DNA of 64,000 bases from the NCBI GenBank assembly GCA_947581615.1, contig CANPVD010000068.1, forward strand, positions 2,240 to 66,239, written 5' to 3'. A program made the translations under genes and the position numbers. Origin of the DNA: Candidatus Humimonas hydrogenitrophica. GTDB taxonomy: Bacteria > Gemmatimonadota > Gemmatimonadetes > Palauibacterales > Palauibacteraceae. This document shows positions 17,948 through 27,302 of the stretch, in pieces (position 1 is the stretch's first letter; each line of letters begins with the position of its first letter). The notes below the pieces were generated by a model. It was not told the DNA's origin and did no database searches. It worked only from the letters and a program-made list of their open reading frames with translations.

Positions 17948-19212
17948 GCCGGACAGGAAGAGGAATGTTTGGCGCCGCACACGCCCGGACCCAAGGCCCG
18001 TCGCGCACGGGGCGGCGGGCGTCCCGCCTGGCTGTCCTCGGCCTGGCGCTGGCCGCGGCGGCGGGTGGCGTCCGCTCGGCGTCCGCCCAGGCCGTGCCGA
18101 CCACCGCGCTGGGCCTGGGATACCCGACCCCGCCGCTGGACGCCCGCGCGGCGGCGCTCGGGGGCATCGGCGTCGGCCTGCTGGGGGGGACGCTGTCGGT
18201 GCGCAACCCGGCCGACCTCATCGACTTCAGGGTGCCCGTCCTCAGCGCCACGACCTCCCCCCAGAGCGTGACGCTCAGGGGAAACGGGCTGAGCCCGACG
18301 CACGACGGCCGGAGCAACTTCCCCGTCCTCGGGATCGCGGTTCCGATCAGCGGCTTCGCCTTCGGGATCGGGGTGGGATCGGAGCTGGACCAGGACTGGT
18401 CCCTGAGCTTCGAGGACACCCTGCACGCGGCGAGCGGTGAGTTTCCCTACGTCGACCGTCGGGAGCACAACGGTGGCATCAGCTCCATAAACCTCGCCGC
18501 GGCGCGCCAGTTCGGGCCGCTGTCCGTGGGGCTCGCGTACGATCGCCTGGTCGGAAGCCTCCGGGAGACGTTCACGCGCCAGTTCCAGGCCGGCACCGAC
18601 AGCACGGTGAGCCCCCCGGGGACCGTCAGCGACCGGGCCCAGTGGAACTACCACGGCTCGCGCTTCCGCGCCGGCGCGGGCGTCCAGCTCGGCGCCCTGG
18701 CGCGGGTGAGCGGCGTGTACTCGTGGACCCCGTCGCTGACGGCCGAGCGGGACAGCGTGGGCACCACGCGTACCTTCGACATGCCCCGCTGGTTCGCGGT
18801 CGGGGCGAGCGCCCGTCCGTTCGCGAACCTCCTGCTGACGGCGGGAGGGGGCTGGTCGGGATGGTCCGCCGCCGATCGGGAGGTGAGCGGGATGCGGGCC
18901 CGCGACGTCCACTGGGGCGGAGCGGGGCTGGAGTTCACCGGATGGAAGATCGGCGTCTTCCCGCTCGCCCTGCGGGCGGGCGCGCACTTCACGCAGCTAC
19001 CCTTCTGGCAGATCGGTCACCAGCCCCTGGACGAAAAGGCGGTGTCGGCCGGCATCGGGACGCAGTTCGCCGGAGACCGGGGGCGGCTGGACTTCAGCCT
19101 CGAAGTCGGCAAGCGGGGGAACGCGCCCGCCACCGGGACGGCGGAGACCTTCCGGCGCTTCACGCTCACCTTCACGCTGCGCCAGATCCCCACGCCGGGC
19201 TTCCTGCCTTGA
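17944..19212 (+). CDS. Hypothetical outer-membrane beta-barrel protein
   Basis: In the frame of ORF 16510..19212. ATG 17944 overlaps the upstream TGA. Signal peptide RLAVLGLALAAAAGGVRSASAQA. Alternating amphipathic strands. C-terminal aromatic residues (RQIPTPGFLP). Confidence 0.5.
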   Translation: MSRTGRGMFGAAHARTQGPSRTGRRASRLAVLGLALAAAAGGVRSASAQAVPTTALGLGYPTPPLDARAAALGGIGVGLLGGTLSVRNPADLIDFRVPVLSATTSPQSVTLRGNGLSPTHDGRSNFPVLGIAVPISGFAFGIGVGSELDQDWSLSFEDTLHAASGEFPYVDRREHNGGISSINLAAARQFGPLSVGLAYDRLVGSLRETFTRQFQAGTDSTVSPPGTVSDRAQWNYHGSRFRAGAGVQLGALARVSGVYSWTPSLTAERDSVGTTRTFDMPRWFAVGASARPFANLLLTAGGGWSGWSAADREVSGMRARDVHWGGAGLEFTGWKIGVFPLALRAGAHFTQLPFWQIGHQPLDEKAVSAGIGTQFAGDRGRLDFSLEVGKRGNAPATGTAETFRRFTLTFTLRQIPTPGFLP

Positions 19213-19252
19213 TTGAAGGCCCGTTGATGTCTCCCGGGCTACGTACGCGGGC

Positions 19253-20647
19253 GTGGGACGCATGACACGGCTCCTCCCGCTTCGGCGTCCGCGTCGGTCC
19301 CCCGAGCCCGGCGCGGGTGCGCCGCGCCCGGCGGGGCCGCGCGTGTACATCGAGACGTACGGCTGCCAGATGAACATCAACGACACGGAGCTCATGGCCG
19401 GAAGGCTCGCCGAGCGCGGGTATGTGCGGGTGGAGGATCCGGAGCGGGCCGACGTGATCCTGGTGAACACCTGCGCGATCCGGGAGCACGCCGAGCGGCG
19501 GGTGCGAGGTCGGATCGGGCAGCTGCAGCGCTACCGGCGCGCGCGTCCCGACCTGGTGCTGGGGGTGACGGGCTGCATGGCCCAGCGCATCGGCCACCGG
19601 CTCCTGGAAGAGATCGACGGGGTCGACCTCGTGGCCGGACCCGACGGCTACCGTGACCTGGGCCGACGCCTGGACGGGATCCTCGACGGCGCGCTGGAGC
19701 GCGGACAGGCGCTCCTGGACCTCGATCCCGCGGAACACTACGAGGGAAGCCGGATCGCGCGGGAGAAGGGCGTGACCGCATGGGTCACGGTGCAACGGGG
19801 CTGCGATCACCGGTGCACTTTCTGCATCGTGCCCTACGTCCGGGGCGACGAGAAGAACCGGGAGCCGCCCCGGATCCTCGAGGAAGCGCGGCAGGCCGTG
19901 CGGGAGGGGTACACGGAGGTGACCCTCCTGGGCCAGACGGTGAACTCGTACCGGCACGGGTCGTGGGACTTCCCGCGGCTCCTGCGCGCCGTGGCCCGGG
20001 TGCCGGGCCTGAGGCGGGTTCGGTTCACCTCGCCCCACCCGAACGACGTGACCGAGGAGCTGCTCGAGGTCATCGACCGGGAGCCGACCGTGTGCCGGCA
20101 GCTGCACCTGCCCGTGCAGTCCGGCTCCGACCGGGTCCTCAAGCGGATGGTGCGTCGCTACACGTCGGCCGACTTCCTGGCCAGGGCCGAGCTCTGCCGC
20201 AGGAAGGTGCCGGGGATCGCCCTGAGCACGGACGTGATCGTGGGCTTCCCCGGCGAGGGGGAGGAGGACTTCGAGGCCACCCTCGCCCTCATGCGGGCGG
20301 TGCGCTTCGAGGATGCGTTCCTGTACCGATACTCGCCGCGCGAGGGGACGCCGGCGACGCGCTTCCCGGAGGAGGAATTCGTTCCGGGGGATGTGGCGCA
20401 GGATCGGCTGGAGCGGCTCATCGACCTGCACCGCGGCCTCCAGCGCGAGGTCAGCGAGCGCGAGCTGGGGCGCACGGTCGAGGTGCTGGTCGAGGGCGCG
20501 GCGCGCTCCGAGGGCGACGTGCTGGGCCGCACCGAGGGCAACAGGGTCGTGGCGTTCGCGGGCTCGACGGACGAGATCGGATCCTACCTGGGGGTACGGC
20601 TGGTCGGAACCTCGGGGGCCACGTTCACCGGAGAGCGCGTCGCGTGA
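19253..20647 (+). CDS. miaB: tRNA-i6A37 methylthiotransferase MiaB
   Basis: UPF0004 domain VYIETYGCQMNINDTE. Radical-SAM CDHRCTFC. C-terminal TRAM domain. Confidence 0.9.
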   Translation: MGRMTRLLPLRRPRRSPEPGAGAPRPAGPRVYIETYGCQMNINDTELMAGRLAERGYVRVEDPERADVILVNTCAIREHAERRVRGRIGQLQRYRRARPDLVLGVTGCMAQRIGHRLLEEIDGVDLVAGPDGYRDLGRRLDGILDGALERGQALLDLDPAEHYEGSRIAREKGVTAWVTVQRGCDHRCTFCIVPYVRGDEKNREPPRILEEARQAVREGYTEVTLLGQTVNSYRHGSWDFPRLLRAVARVPGLRRVRFTSPHPNDVTEELLEVIDREPTVCRQLHLPVQSGSDRVLKRMVRRYTSADFLARAELCRRKVPGIALSTDVIVGFPGEGEEDFEATLALMRAVRFEDAFLYRYSPREGTPATRFPEEEFVPGDVAQDRLERLIDLHRGLQREVSERELGRTVEVLVEGAARSEGDVLGRTEGNRVVAFAGSTDEIGSYLGVRLVGTSGATFTGERVA

Positions 20648-20660
20648 GGGGAGAGTCTCG

Positions 20661-20915
20661 GTGAAGAACTGGGTGCGCATCCTGAACCTGATCGTGGCGG
20701 CGGCGCTGGCCACCGCCTTCGCCATCGCCAACGGCGGGCAGCACGTCACCGTGGAGCTGGGGCTGTTCGCGCTGCGCTCCGTGTCGCTGCCGCTGGTGGT
20801 GTTCGGGGCCGTGCTGTTCGGAATGGTGGCCGTCCTCCTGGCGGGCCTCCGCGGCGACCTGCGGAACCGGCGCCAGATGGAGAAGGCCCGCCGCCTGTTC
20901 GAGCGAGAGGACTAG
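20661..20915 (+). CDS. LapA-like (DUF1049) small inner-membrane protein
   Basis: GTG start with GGGGAGAG RBS 4 nt after the miaB stop. VKNWVRILNLIVAAALATAFAIANG..two TM helices..RNRRQMEKARRLFE. Confidence 0.55.
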   Translation: MKNWVRILNLIVAAALATAFAIANGGQHVTVELGLFALRSVSLPLVVFGAVLFGMVAVLLAGLRGDLRNRRQMEKARRLFERED

Positions 20916-20976
20916 CCGGGTCCGCCCGCTGCTCCCGGTGGCCTCCTAGACCGGCGCGCCCCGCGTCGCGGCCGCC

Positions 20977-23526
20977 GTGAAGGCCCCGCGCAGGCGACAG
21001 CGGAGCCCGGTGAGCCGGGCGCGGCCCGGTCCCCTCCTCCTCGGCGCGCTGGCGCTGCTGGCTGGCGACCTGTCCGGCCTGGCACCCGGCGCCCCATCCC
21101 TCCCCGCCATCCCCCTCCTCACGGGGGCGGCGTTCCTGACGCTGGCCCTCGTTCCCGGCTGGACGGCCCGGGGACCCGGCGCCGTCCGGGAGACCCTCGG
21201 GCTCCTCGGGGCCTGCTTCCTGGTCGGCCTGGCCCTCGGCGGCGGGGCCGCCGCCGCGGCGCGGAGGGGATGTGCGGCGGGCCTCGCGTCGGGTGACACG
21301 GTGGAAGCCCGGGGCCGGCTGGCCGGGCGGCCGGGCCCGACCGCCGGCGCGGGCGCACCGGGCCGGCGCGGACCCGCGCTCCTGCGCGCCGAGCTCACGG
21401 AGGCGCGGATCTCGTTCCGTGGCGGTCGCTGCCGGCTCGGGCGCCTCCGGGTGAGCCTGCCGGCGAAGGCCGTCGCCGCCTCGAGCGGGAGCTCCGGGCT
21501 CGCGGCCGGCACGATCCTCGAGGTGCGCGGCCGCTGGTGGAACGCGGGAGGCGGCGACCGGTGGCCCCGGTCACCCGGCAGGGCCGGGGTGCTCCTGGCC
21601 CGCTCGGCTCGCACCGGACCGCGCACCACTCCGGCGTGGCGCGTGCGGCTTCGGGCCGCGGCGGCGCGGCGCCTGCGCCGCCGGCTCCCGGCCGACGTGG
21701 CTCCGCTCGGCCTCGCGCTGGTGCTGGCCGACCGGAGCGGCCTGGACCCGCGGCTGGCCCGCCGCTTCGCCGAGGCGGGCCTCGCGCACCTCCTGGCCAT
21801 CTCGGGCCTGCACGTCGGCATCCTGGCCGCCGGGGCCGCCGGACTCCTGGGGCTCGTGGGGCTTCGCCGCAGGCGGCACGCCCTCGCGGCCCTGCTCGCC
21901 CTTGGGTACGTGGCACTCCTGGGCTTCCCTCCGGCGGCGCTCCGGGCGGCGATCCTGGTGGGGGGCTGGGCCCTGGCCCGGACGCGCGGGAGTCCGGTAC
22001 GACTGGGAGAGCTCCTGGGACTGGCGGCGGCGATCACGATCGTACTCGCTCCGCTCGCCCCGCTCGACGTGGGCTTCCAGCTCTCCTTCGCCGGCTTCGT
22101 GGGGTTGGGGCTCGGGGCGGCACTCGTGCGCCGGGTCCTGGCGGCGGGGATGGCGGCGGGCGGGCGCGTGGCGACGGCGGCGCGCCGCGGCCGGCGGCCG
22201 CTGCTGCCGCTGGCGGCCGGGGCGGGCGCCTTCGGCCTCACCGCGCTCCTGGCGGCGGTCCACTTCGGACGGGCGGCCCCGATCGCCGTGTTCACGAATC
22301 TGGTCGGCGTCCCCCTGGTGACGCTGGCACTGGCCGGGCTCGCCGGAGCCCTGGTCCTGCCCGCCTTCCTGGGCGGGGGCCTGGCGGCGGCCGCGGCGGG
22401 AGGGGCGCTCCGGCTCCTGGAGGGCGTGGTGGACCGCTTCGCGGCGCTCCCCTTCGGCCACGCCGAAGTGGCGCCGCCCGGGCCGCTGGCGTGGGTGGCG
22501 GCCGCCCTCCTGGTCGCGGCGGCCGTGCAGGCGGCAAGGGGACTCCCCGGGCGCGCGTGGATCCCCCTCGTGTGCGGCGGCCTGGCGGTGCTGGTGGCCG
22601 GCCCGGGCCTGTATGCCCTGAGGGCCGGTCCCGACGCGCTCCTCTGCTCGCTGGACGTGGGCCAGGGTGACGCGGCGGTGCTGAGAACGCGCCGCGGACA
22701 CTGGCTCGTGTTCGACGCCGGGCCGCGCTCGGGCTCGTTCGACGCCGGACGCCGGGTGATCACGCCGTTCCTGCGCCGGCGCGGGGCACGTTCCATCGCA
22801 CTGTTCGTGCTCTCGCACCCCCACCTGGACCACCTGGGCGGAGCTCCGGCCCTGCTGGACGGATTCCGGGTCGCGGGCGTGCTGGATGCCGGGAACCCGC
22901 TGCCCACGCCCGCGTACGCCGACTTCCTGGAGGAGGTGTCGGAGGAGGGAGCCCGCTGGCTGCCGGCCGGGCCGGGCGAGCGGATCCGGATCGACGAGGT
23001 CGAGCTCCTGGTCCTGGGTCCCGACCTCGAGGCCGAGCGGACCCGAGAGCAGACCGTCTCACCCGACGCCGCGGTGGAGGCCAACGAGGGGAGCGTGGCG
23101 GTCCGCGTGCGGATCGGGGGCTTCACCTACGTGAACCCTGGAGACGCCTCCGCGGTGGAGGAGCGCTGGCTCCTGGATCGCTGGCCGCCGGACTCGCTGC
23201 GGGCTATCCTCCTCAAGGTGGGACACCACGGGAGCCGGGGCTCCTCGAGCGCCCCGTGGCTCGCGGCCGTGGCGCCCCGCATCGCGTTCATCTCCAGCGG
23301 AGCCGGCAACCGGTACGGCCATCCCCACGCCGAGGCCCTGGAGCGGCTCGGGCAGGCGGGGATCTCGCGCATCTGGCGCTCGGACCGTCAGGGAACGCTG
23401 TGCCTCGAGGTCCAGGCGGACGGGGCGTGGCGGATGCCGGGCGGGAGCTGGAATCCGCCGACGCCGGGGCGGCCGGTGGCCGACCCCGACACCGTCATCG
23501 TGACACACACGCAGGAGCGTCGCTGA
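20977..23526 (+). CDS. comEC: DNA internalization competence protein ComEC/Rec2
   Basis: Polytopic N-terminal channel domain. C-terminal metallo-beta-lactamase domain (SHPHLDHLGG .. GHHGSRGSS). Confidence 0.8.
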   Translation: MKAPRRRQRSPVSRARPGPLLLGALALLAGDLSGLAPGAPSLPAIPLLTGAAFLTLALVPGWTARGPGAVRETLGLLGACFLVGLALGGGAAAAARRGCAAGLASGDTVEARGRLAGRPGPTAGAGAPGRRGPALLRAELTEARISFRGGRCRLGRLRVSLPAKAVAASSGSSGLAAGTILEVRGRWWNAGGGDRWPRSPGRAGVLLARSARTGPRTTPAWRVRLRAAAARRLRRRLPADVAPLGLALVLADRSGLDPRLARRFAEAGLAHLLAISGLHVGILAAGAAGLLGLVGLRRRRHALAALLALGYVALLGFPPAALRAAILVGGWALARTRGSPVRLGELLGLAAAITIVLAPLAPLDVGFQLSFAGFVGLGLGAALVRRVLAAGMAAGGRVATAARRGRRPLLPLAAGAGAFGLTALLAAVHFGRAAPIAVFTNLVGVPLVTLALAGLAGALVLPAFLGGGLAAAAAGGALRLLEGVVDRFAALPFGHAEVAPPGPLAWVAAALLVAAAVQAARGLPGRAWIPLVCGGLAVLVAGPGLYALRAGPDALLCSLDVGQGDAAVLRTRRGHWLVFDAGPRSGSFDAGRRVITPFLRRRGARSIALFVLSHPHLDHLGGAPALLDGFRVAGVLDAGNPLPTPAYADFLEEVSEEGARWLPAGPGERIRIDEVELLVLGPDLEAERTREQTVSPDAAVEANEGSVAVRVRIGGFTYVNPGDASAVEERWLLDRWPPDSLRAILLKVGHHGSRGSSSAPWLAAVAPRIAFISSGAGNRYGHPHAEALERLGQAGISRIWRSDRQGTLCLEVQADGAWRMPGGSWNPPTPGRPVADPDTVIVTHTQERR

Positions 23527-24557
23527 TGGAGAGGTCCGTCATCACCCTGAACCGCTTCATCCTCGAGGAGGAGCGGCGGTATCCGGAGGCCACCGGGGCG
23601 TTCTCGAACGTGCTCCAGGACCTGACGCTGGCGGCCAAGCTCATCAACCGGGCCGTGAACCAGGCCGGCCTGGTCGACATCCTGGGCGAGACCGACCGGG
23701 AGAACGTGCACGGCGAGCAGGTGCAGAAGCTGGACGAGTACGCCCACGAGGTCATCGTGGCCGCCATGGACCACGGCGGCCACCTCTGCGTGATGGGCTC
23801 CGAGGAGGCCGAGGAGATCGTCCCGATCCCGGACCGCTTCCCGGTGGGCGAGTACGTGCTCCTGTTCGACCCGCTCGACGGCAGTTCCAACATTGAGGCC
23901 AACATCTCGATCGGGACGATCTTCTCGGTGTATCGGCGGGTCACCGATCCGGCCGTGACGAGGAACGGGACACTGGAGGACTGCCTCCAGCCGGGGACCG
24001 ACCTGGTGGCCTCGGGCTACTTCCTGTACGGCTCCTCCACCATCCTCGTGTACACGACGGGCCGGGGCGTGCACGGCTTTACCCTGGATCCCTCGATCGG
24101 AGAGTTCCTGCTCTCGCATCCGAACATCACCTTCCCCGACCCGGGACAGAAGGTGTACGCCATCAACGAGGGCTACTTCGGGCGCTGGAGCGAGGCGCAG
24201 AGGAACCTGGTTCGGCGGCTGCGGGGTGATGCGGGGGGGGACGACGGGGACGGCTTCAAGCTCCGCTACGTCGGCTCGCTGGTGGCCGACTTCCACCGCA
24301 CCCTCCTGTACGGCGGCCTGTTCATGTATCCGTCCGACAACCGACATCCCTCCGGCAAGCTGCGGCTCCTGTACGAGGCCGGCCCGCTGGCGTTCGTGTG
24401 CGAGCAGGCGGGAGGGAAGGCCACGAACGGCGAGAAGCGCATCCTGGAGATCCGGCCCGAGGAGCTCCACCAGCGCACGCCCCTGTTCATCGGGACGGCG
24501 GAATGGGTGGAGATGGCCGGCGAGCACCTGGCCCGGGAGGCCGCGGCCGGGGCCTGA
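23526..24557 (+). CDS. fbp: Fructose-1,6-bisphosphatase class 1
   Basis: ORF 23256..24557 trimmed to ATG 23526 (MERSVITLNRFILEE), overlapping the comEC TGA by 1 nt. FBPase-1 motifs. Confidence 0.85.
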   Translation: MERSVITLNRFILEEERRYPEATGAFSNVLQDLTLAAKLINRAVNQAGLVDILGETDRENVHGEQVQKLDEYAHEVIVAAMDHGGHLCVMGSEEAEEIVPIPDRFPVGEYVLLFDPLDGSSNIEANISIGTIFSVYRRVTDPAVTRNGTLEDCLQPGTDLVASGYFLYGSSTILVYTTGRGVHGFTLDPSIGEFLLSHPNITFPDPGQKVYAINEGYFGRWSEAQRNLVRRLRGDAGGDDGDGFKLRYVGSLVADFHRTLLYGGLFMYPSDNRHPSGKLRLLYEAGPLAFVCEQAGGKATNGEKRILEIRPEELHQRTPLFIGTAEWVEMAGEHLAREAAAGA

Positions 24558-24570
24558 GCGCGCCCCCCCG

Positions 24571-25677
24571 TCAGGGCAGCCAGGGACGGAGGGCTCCCTC
24601 ATCCACCCCGACCCGCTCGGCCACCCGGGGTCCCACCTCCTCCAGGAGCCGCATCTTCTCGGCCCGGTGCAGGAAGGCGCTGCGGAAGCCGTCCAGCACC
24701 ATCACTCCGATCTCGGGCAGGGTGAAGCCCAGGTGCTCGCGGGCCCGCACGTACTCCTCGGTCACCGTCGTGCCGCTCATGAGCCGGTTGTCGGTGTTGA
24801 GGCTGACCACGATCCCCGCGTCGAAGTAGCGCCGCAGGGGGTGGGCGGCGAAGCTCTCGACCGCCCGGGTCTGGACGTTGCTGGTCAGGCAGATCTCGAG
24901 CGGCACCCGGTGGTCGGCCACGTACTGCATGAGGTCGAGGTCCTCGTAGAGCCGCGTGCCGTGCCCGATGCGGTGCGCGCCGCAGTAGTGCAGGGCCTGG
25001 TGGATGGACTCGGGGCCGTAGGCCTCTCCGGCATGGATGGTGGCGTTGCAGTTGGCGTTGAGCACCGTGTAGAAGGCGTCCCGGTGCTTCTTGGCCGGGT
25101 AGTTGTATTCGGCGCCGGCCAGGTCGAAGCCCACCACGCCCCGTTCCTTGTAGGCCACCGTGAGGTCGGCCAGGTCGCGCGACACGTCCGGGTCCATGTT
25201 GCGGATCCCGCACACGATGAGCCGCGACTCGATGCCGAGCGCCTCCCGCGCCCGCTCCAGGCCCCGGAGCGGCGCCTCCACGGTCTCGGGCAGCGGCAGC
25301 CCCTCGCGCGTCATGAGGATGGGGGAGTAGCGGATCTCCATGTAGCGGACGTTCTCGGCGGCCGCGTCCTCGCACAGCTCGAAGGCGATGCGCTCGAGGG
25401 CGTCGGCGTGCTGCATCACCGACAGGGTGAGCTCGAAGCGCGCAAGGTAGTCCTCGAGACTGCGCGCGTCCCGCACATGCAGGTAGTCCACGAGCGCGGC
25501 CGGGTCCTCCGAGGGGAGCTCGACCCCCTGCTCCCGGGCCAGCTCCATGAGCGTGGCGGGACGGAGCGAGCCATCCAGGTGCACGTGGAGATCGGTCTTC
25601 GGGAGGGAGCGGACCACCTCTCGCACCTCCCGCACGGATTCCCCGGTCGGGTCGGAGGCCGCGCGCTCCCGGCTCAT
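24571..25677 (-). CDS. add: Adenosine deaminase
   Basis: C-terminal 368 aa of ORF 24571..27246. ATG 25677 overlaps the upstream stop by 4 nt. LHVHLDGSL, SLNTDNRLMSGTT and CLTSNVQT motifs. Confidence 0.85.
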   Translation of the reverse strand: MSRERAASDPTGESVREVREVVRSLPKTDLHVHLDGSLRPATLMELAREQGVELPSEDPAALVDYLHVRDARSLEDYLARFELTLSVMQHADALERIAFELCEDAAAENVRYMEIRYSPILMTREGLPLPETVEAPLRGLERAREALGIESRLIVCGIRNMDPDVSRDLADLTVAYKERGVVGFDLAGAEYNYPAKKHRDAFYTVLNANCNATIHAGEAYGPESIHQALHYCGAHRIGHGTRLYEDLDLMQYVADHRVPLEICLTSNVQTRAVESFAAHPLRRYFDAGIVVSLNTDNRLMSGTTVTEEYVRAREHLGFTLPEIGVMVLDGFRSAFLHRAEKMRLLEEVGPRVAERVGVDEGALRPWLP

Positions 25678-27302
25678 CGAGCGCTCGCCGGCGCGGCCGG
25701 GCAGGCGGTCGGAGCGGAGGCGCGGACCGGCACGGCTCGCCAGCGGTCCGGAGTCGGCGCCCGCACGGGCTGGGGCCGGTGCGCGAGGTAGCCGACGAGC
25801 GCGTCCAGGTCGGCGATGTCGGTCGGCGAGACGGACCGCGCCTCCCGGAGCATCGCGAAGCCCGAGCCGCCGCCGGCCATGAAGTCGTTGACCGTCACCG
25901 TGTACAGCGAGTCGGGTCGCACGGGCCCGCGCCCGTCCACGTGGATGGACAGGATCCGGCGGCCGGCCGGGGCGGAGGGCTCGAAGCAGATCGTGAGCCC
26001 GCTGACGTGGGCGTGGGGCCCGTCCTCCTCGAGCGCGTGCTCCAGCGCGCGGCGCAGCACCCGGCCGCTCAGCCGCAGGCGCACGAGCGCGTTGCCGAAG
26101 GGCTGGAGCTCGAACAGGTCGCCGTAGGTGACCGGACCGGCCGGGAGGCTCCGGCGGATCCCCCCGTCGTTCATGATCGCGGCCGCCGCGCCCGTGGCGC
26201 TGCGCTGGGCGTCGGCGATGAGATCGCCGAGCGCGTATTCGGATCCGCGCGTCCCCCTGGCGAGCGGCTCGGCCAGGACCGCGACGCGTCGCTCGACCCG
26301 CCCGGCCACCCGGGAGCGGAAGCGGTCGACCAGGCGGGCCAGAACCGGATCCGGCCGTAGGTCGCCCGGCCACGCCGTCGTCACCGTCGCGAGCTCGGCC
26401 TCGGCCGAGTCGACCTCGCCCCCGGCCAGACGCTCGCGGGCGAACGCGACCCCGTTTGCGTAGGACTGGACCACGGGCCGTCCGCGGACCCGGGTCCGGA
26501 TGAGGGTGTGGGTGTGTCCCGCGATCGCGTAGTCCCACCGGGAGCGAGTGGCCCGCAGCGCGTCGAGGGCCTCCCCCTGGCAGGAACGACCGTGGTCCCG
26601 GCAGAAGCCTCCGGCGTGCAGCAGCACGACCACGAAGTCGACGTCCCGAGACCGCAGCACGGGGACGTAGCGATCGATGGCGGCGGACAGGCTCCGGAAC
26701 TCGAGGCCGGCCACGTTGGAGGGCATGGTCGTGACCGGCGTGGAGCGGGTGGTGACCCCCACGACCCCGACCCGGACGCCGCCGCGCTGCACGACGGTCC
26801 AGGGACGATCCCACGCGGGGTGCCGGTCCGTCCCCTTCACGTAGATGTTGGCGCCCAGGAACGGAAACCCGGCCTGGTGGACCCGCGCGACCAGCGTGTC
26901 GATCCCCCAGTCGAACTCGTGGTTGCCGAAGGTCGCCGCGTCGTAGCCCATGCTGTCGAAGGCGGCGATCGTGGACCGTCCGCCGACGAGGTTGGAGATC
27001 GGCGTCCCCTGCATGAGGTCCCCCGCGCTGAACAGGAAAGTCGGGCACGGGGAGACGGTCTCCTCCCGGCGAAAGTACGCCTCCAGCAGGGCCGCCCCGC
27101 CCAGGGCGCGCCCGTGCGCCCACGCGGGCGTCGAGGGCAGGAGATGTCCGTGCGTGTCGCTGGTGGAGAGGATCAGCGCACAGGGAGAGGGGAGAACGGC
27201 GCCGGGCGAGGGGATGGGGACGCCGATGGGCGCCAGGAGGGGCCACGCCAGCAGGACAGCCCCGAGGAGCCTCCCGGCGCGCGGGCCGCCCTCAGCACGC
27301 AC
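25674..27302 (-). CDS. Secreted 5'-nucleotidase / UshA-like bifunctional metallophosphoesterase
   Basis: Signal peptide. Calcineurin-like domain with GNHEFDWG. 5'-nucleotidase C-terminal domain. Overlaps the purF stop by 11 nt. Confidence 0.75.
   Translation of the reverse strand: MRAEGGPRAGRLLGAVLLAWPLLAPIGVPIPSPGAVLPSPCALILSTSDTHGHLLPSTPAWAHGRALGGAALLEAYFRREETVSPCPTFLFSAGDLMQGTPISNLVGGRSTIAAFDSMGYDAATFGNHEFDWGIDTLVARVHQAGFPFLGANIYVKGTDRHPAWDRPWTVVQRGGVRVGVVGVTTRSTPVTTMPSNVAGLEFRSLSAAIDRYVPVLRSRDVDFVVVLLHAGGFCRDHGRSCQGEALDALRATRSRWDYAIAGHTHTLIRTRVRGRPVVQSYANGVAFARERLAGGEVDSAEAELATVTTAWPGDLRPDPVLARLVDRFRSRVAGRVERRVAVLAEPLARGTRGSEYALGDLIADAQRSATGAAAAIMNDGGIRRSLPAGPVTYGDLFELQPFGNALVRLRLSGRVLRRALEHALEEDGPHAHVSGLTICFEPSAPAGRRILSIHVDGRGPVRPDSLYTVTVNDFMAGGGSGFAMLREARSVSPTDIADLDALVGYLAHRPQPVRAPTPDRWRAVPVRASAPTACPAAPASAR

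Noticed and set aside
20946-23126. 726-aa minus-strand ORF opposite comEC, and ORFs 21571..22833 and 21537..22670
   Set aside because: Extreme Arg/Pro/Ala/Ser composition. Antisense of a polytopic membrane protein gene in GC-rich DNA.
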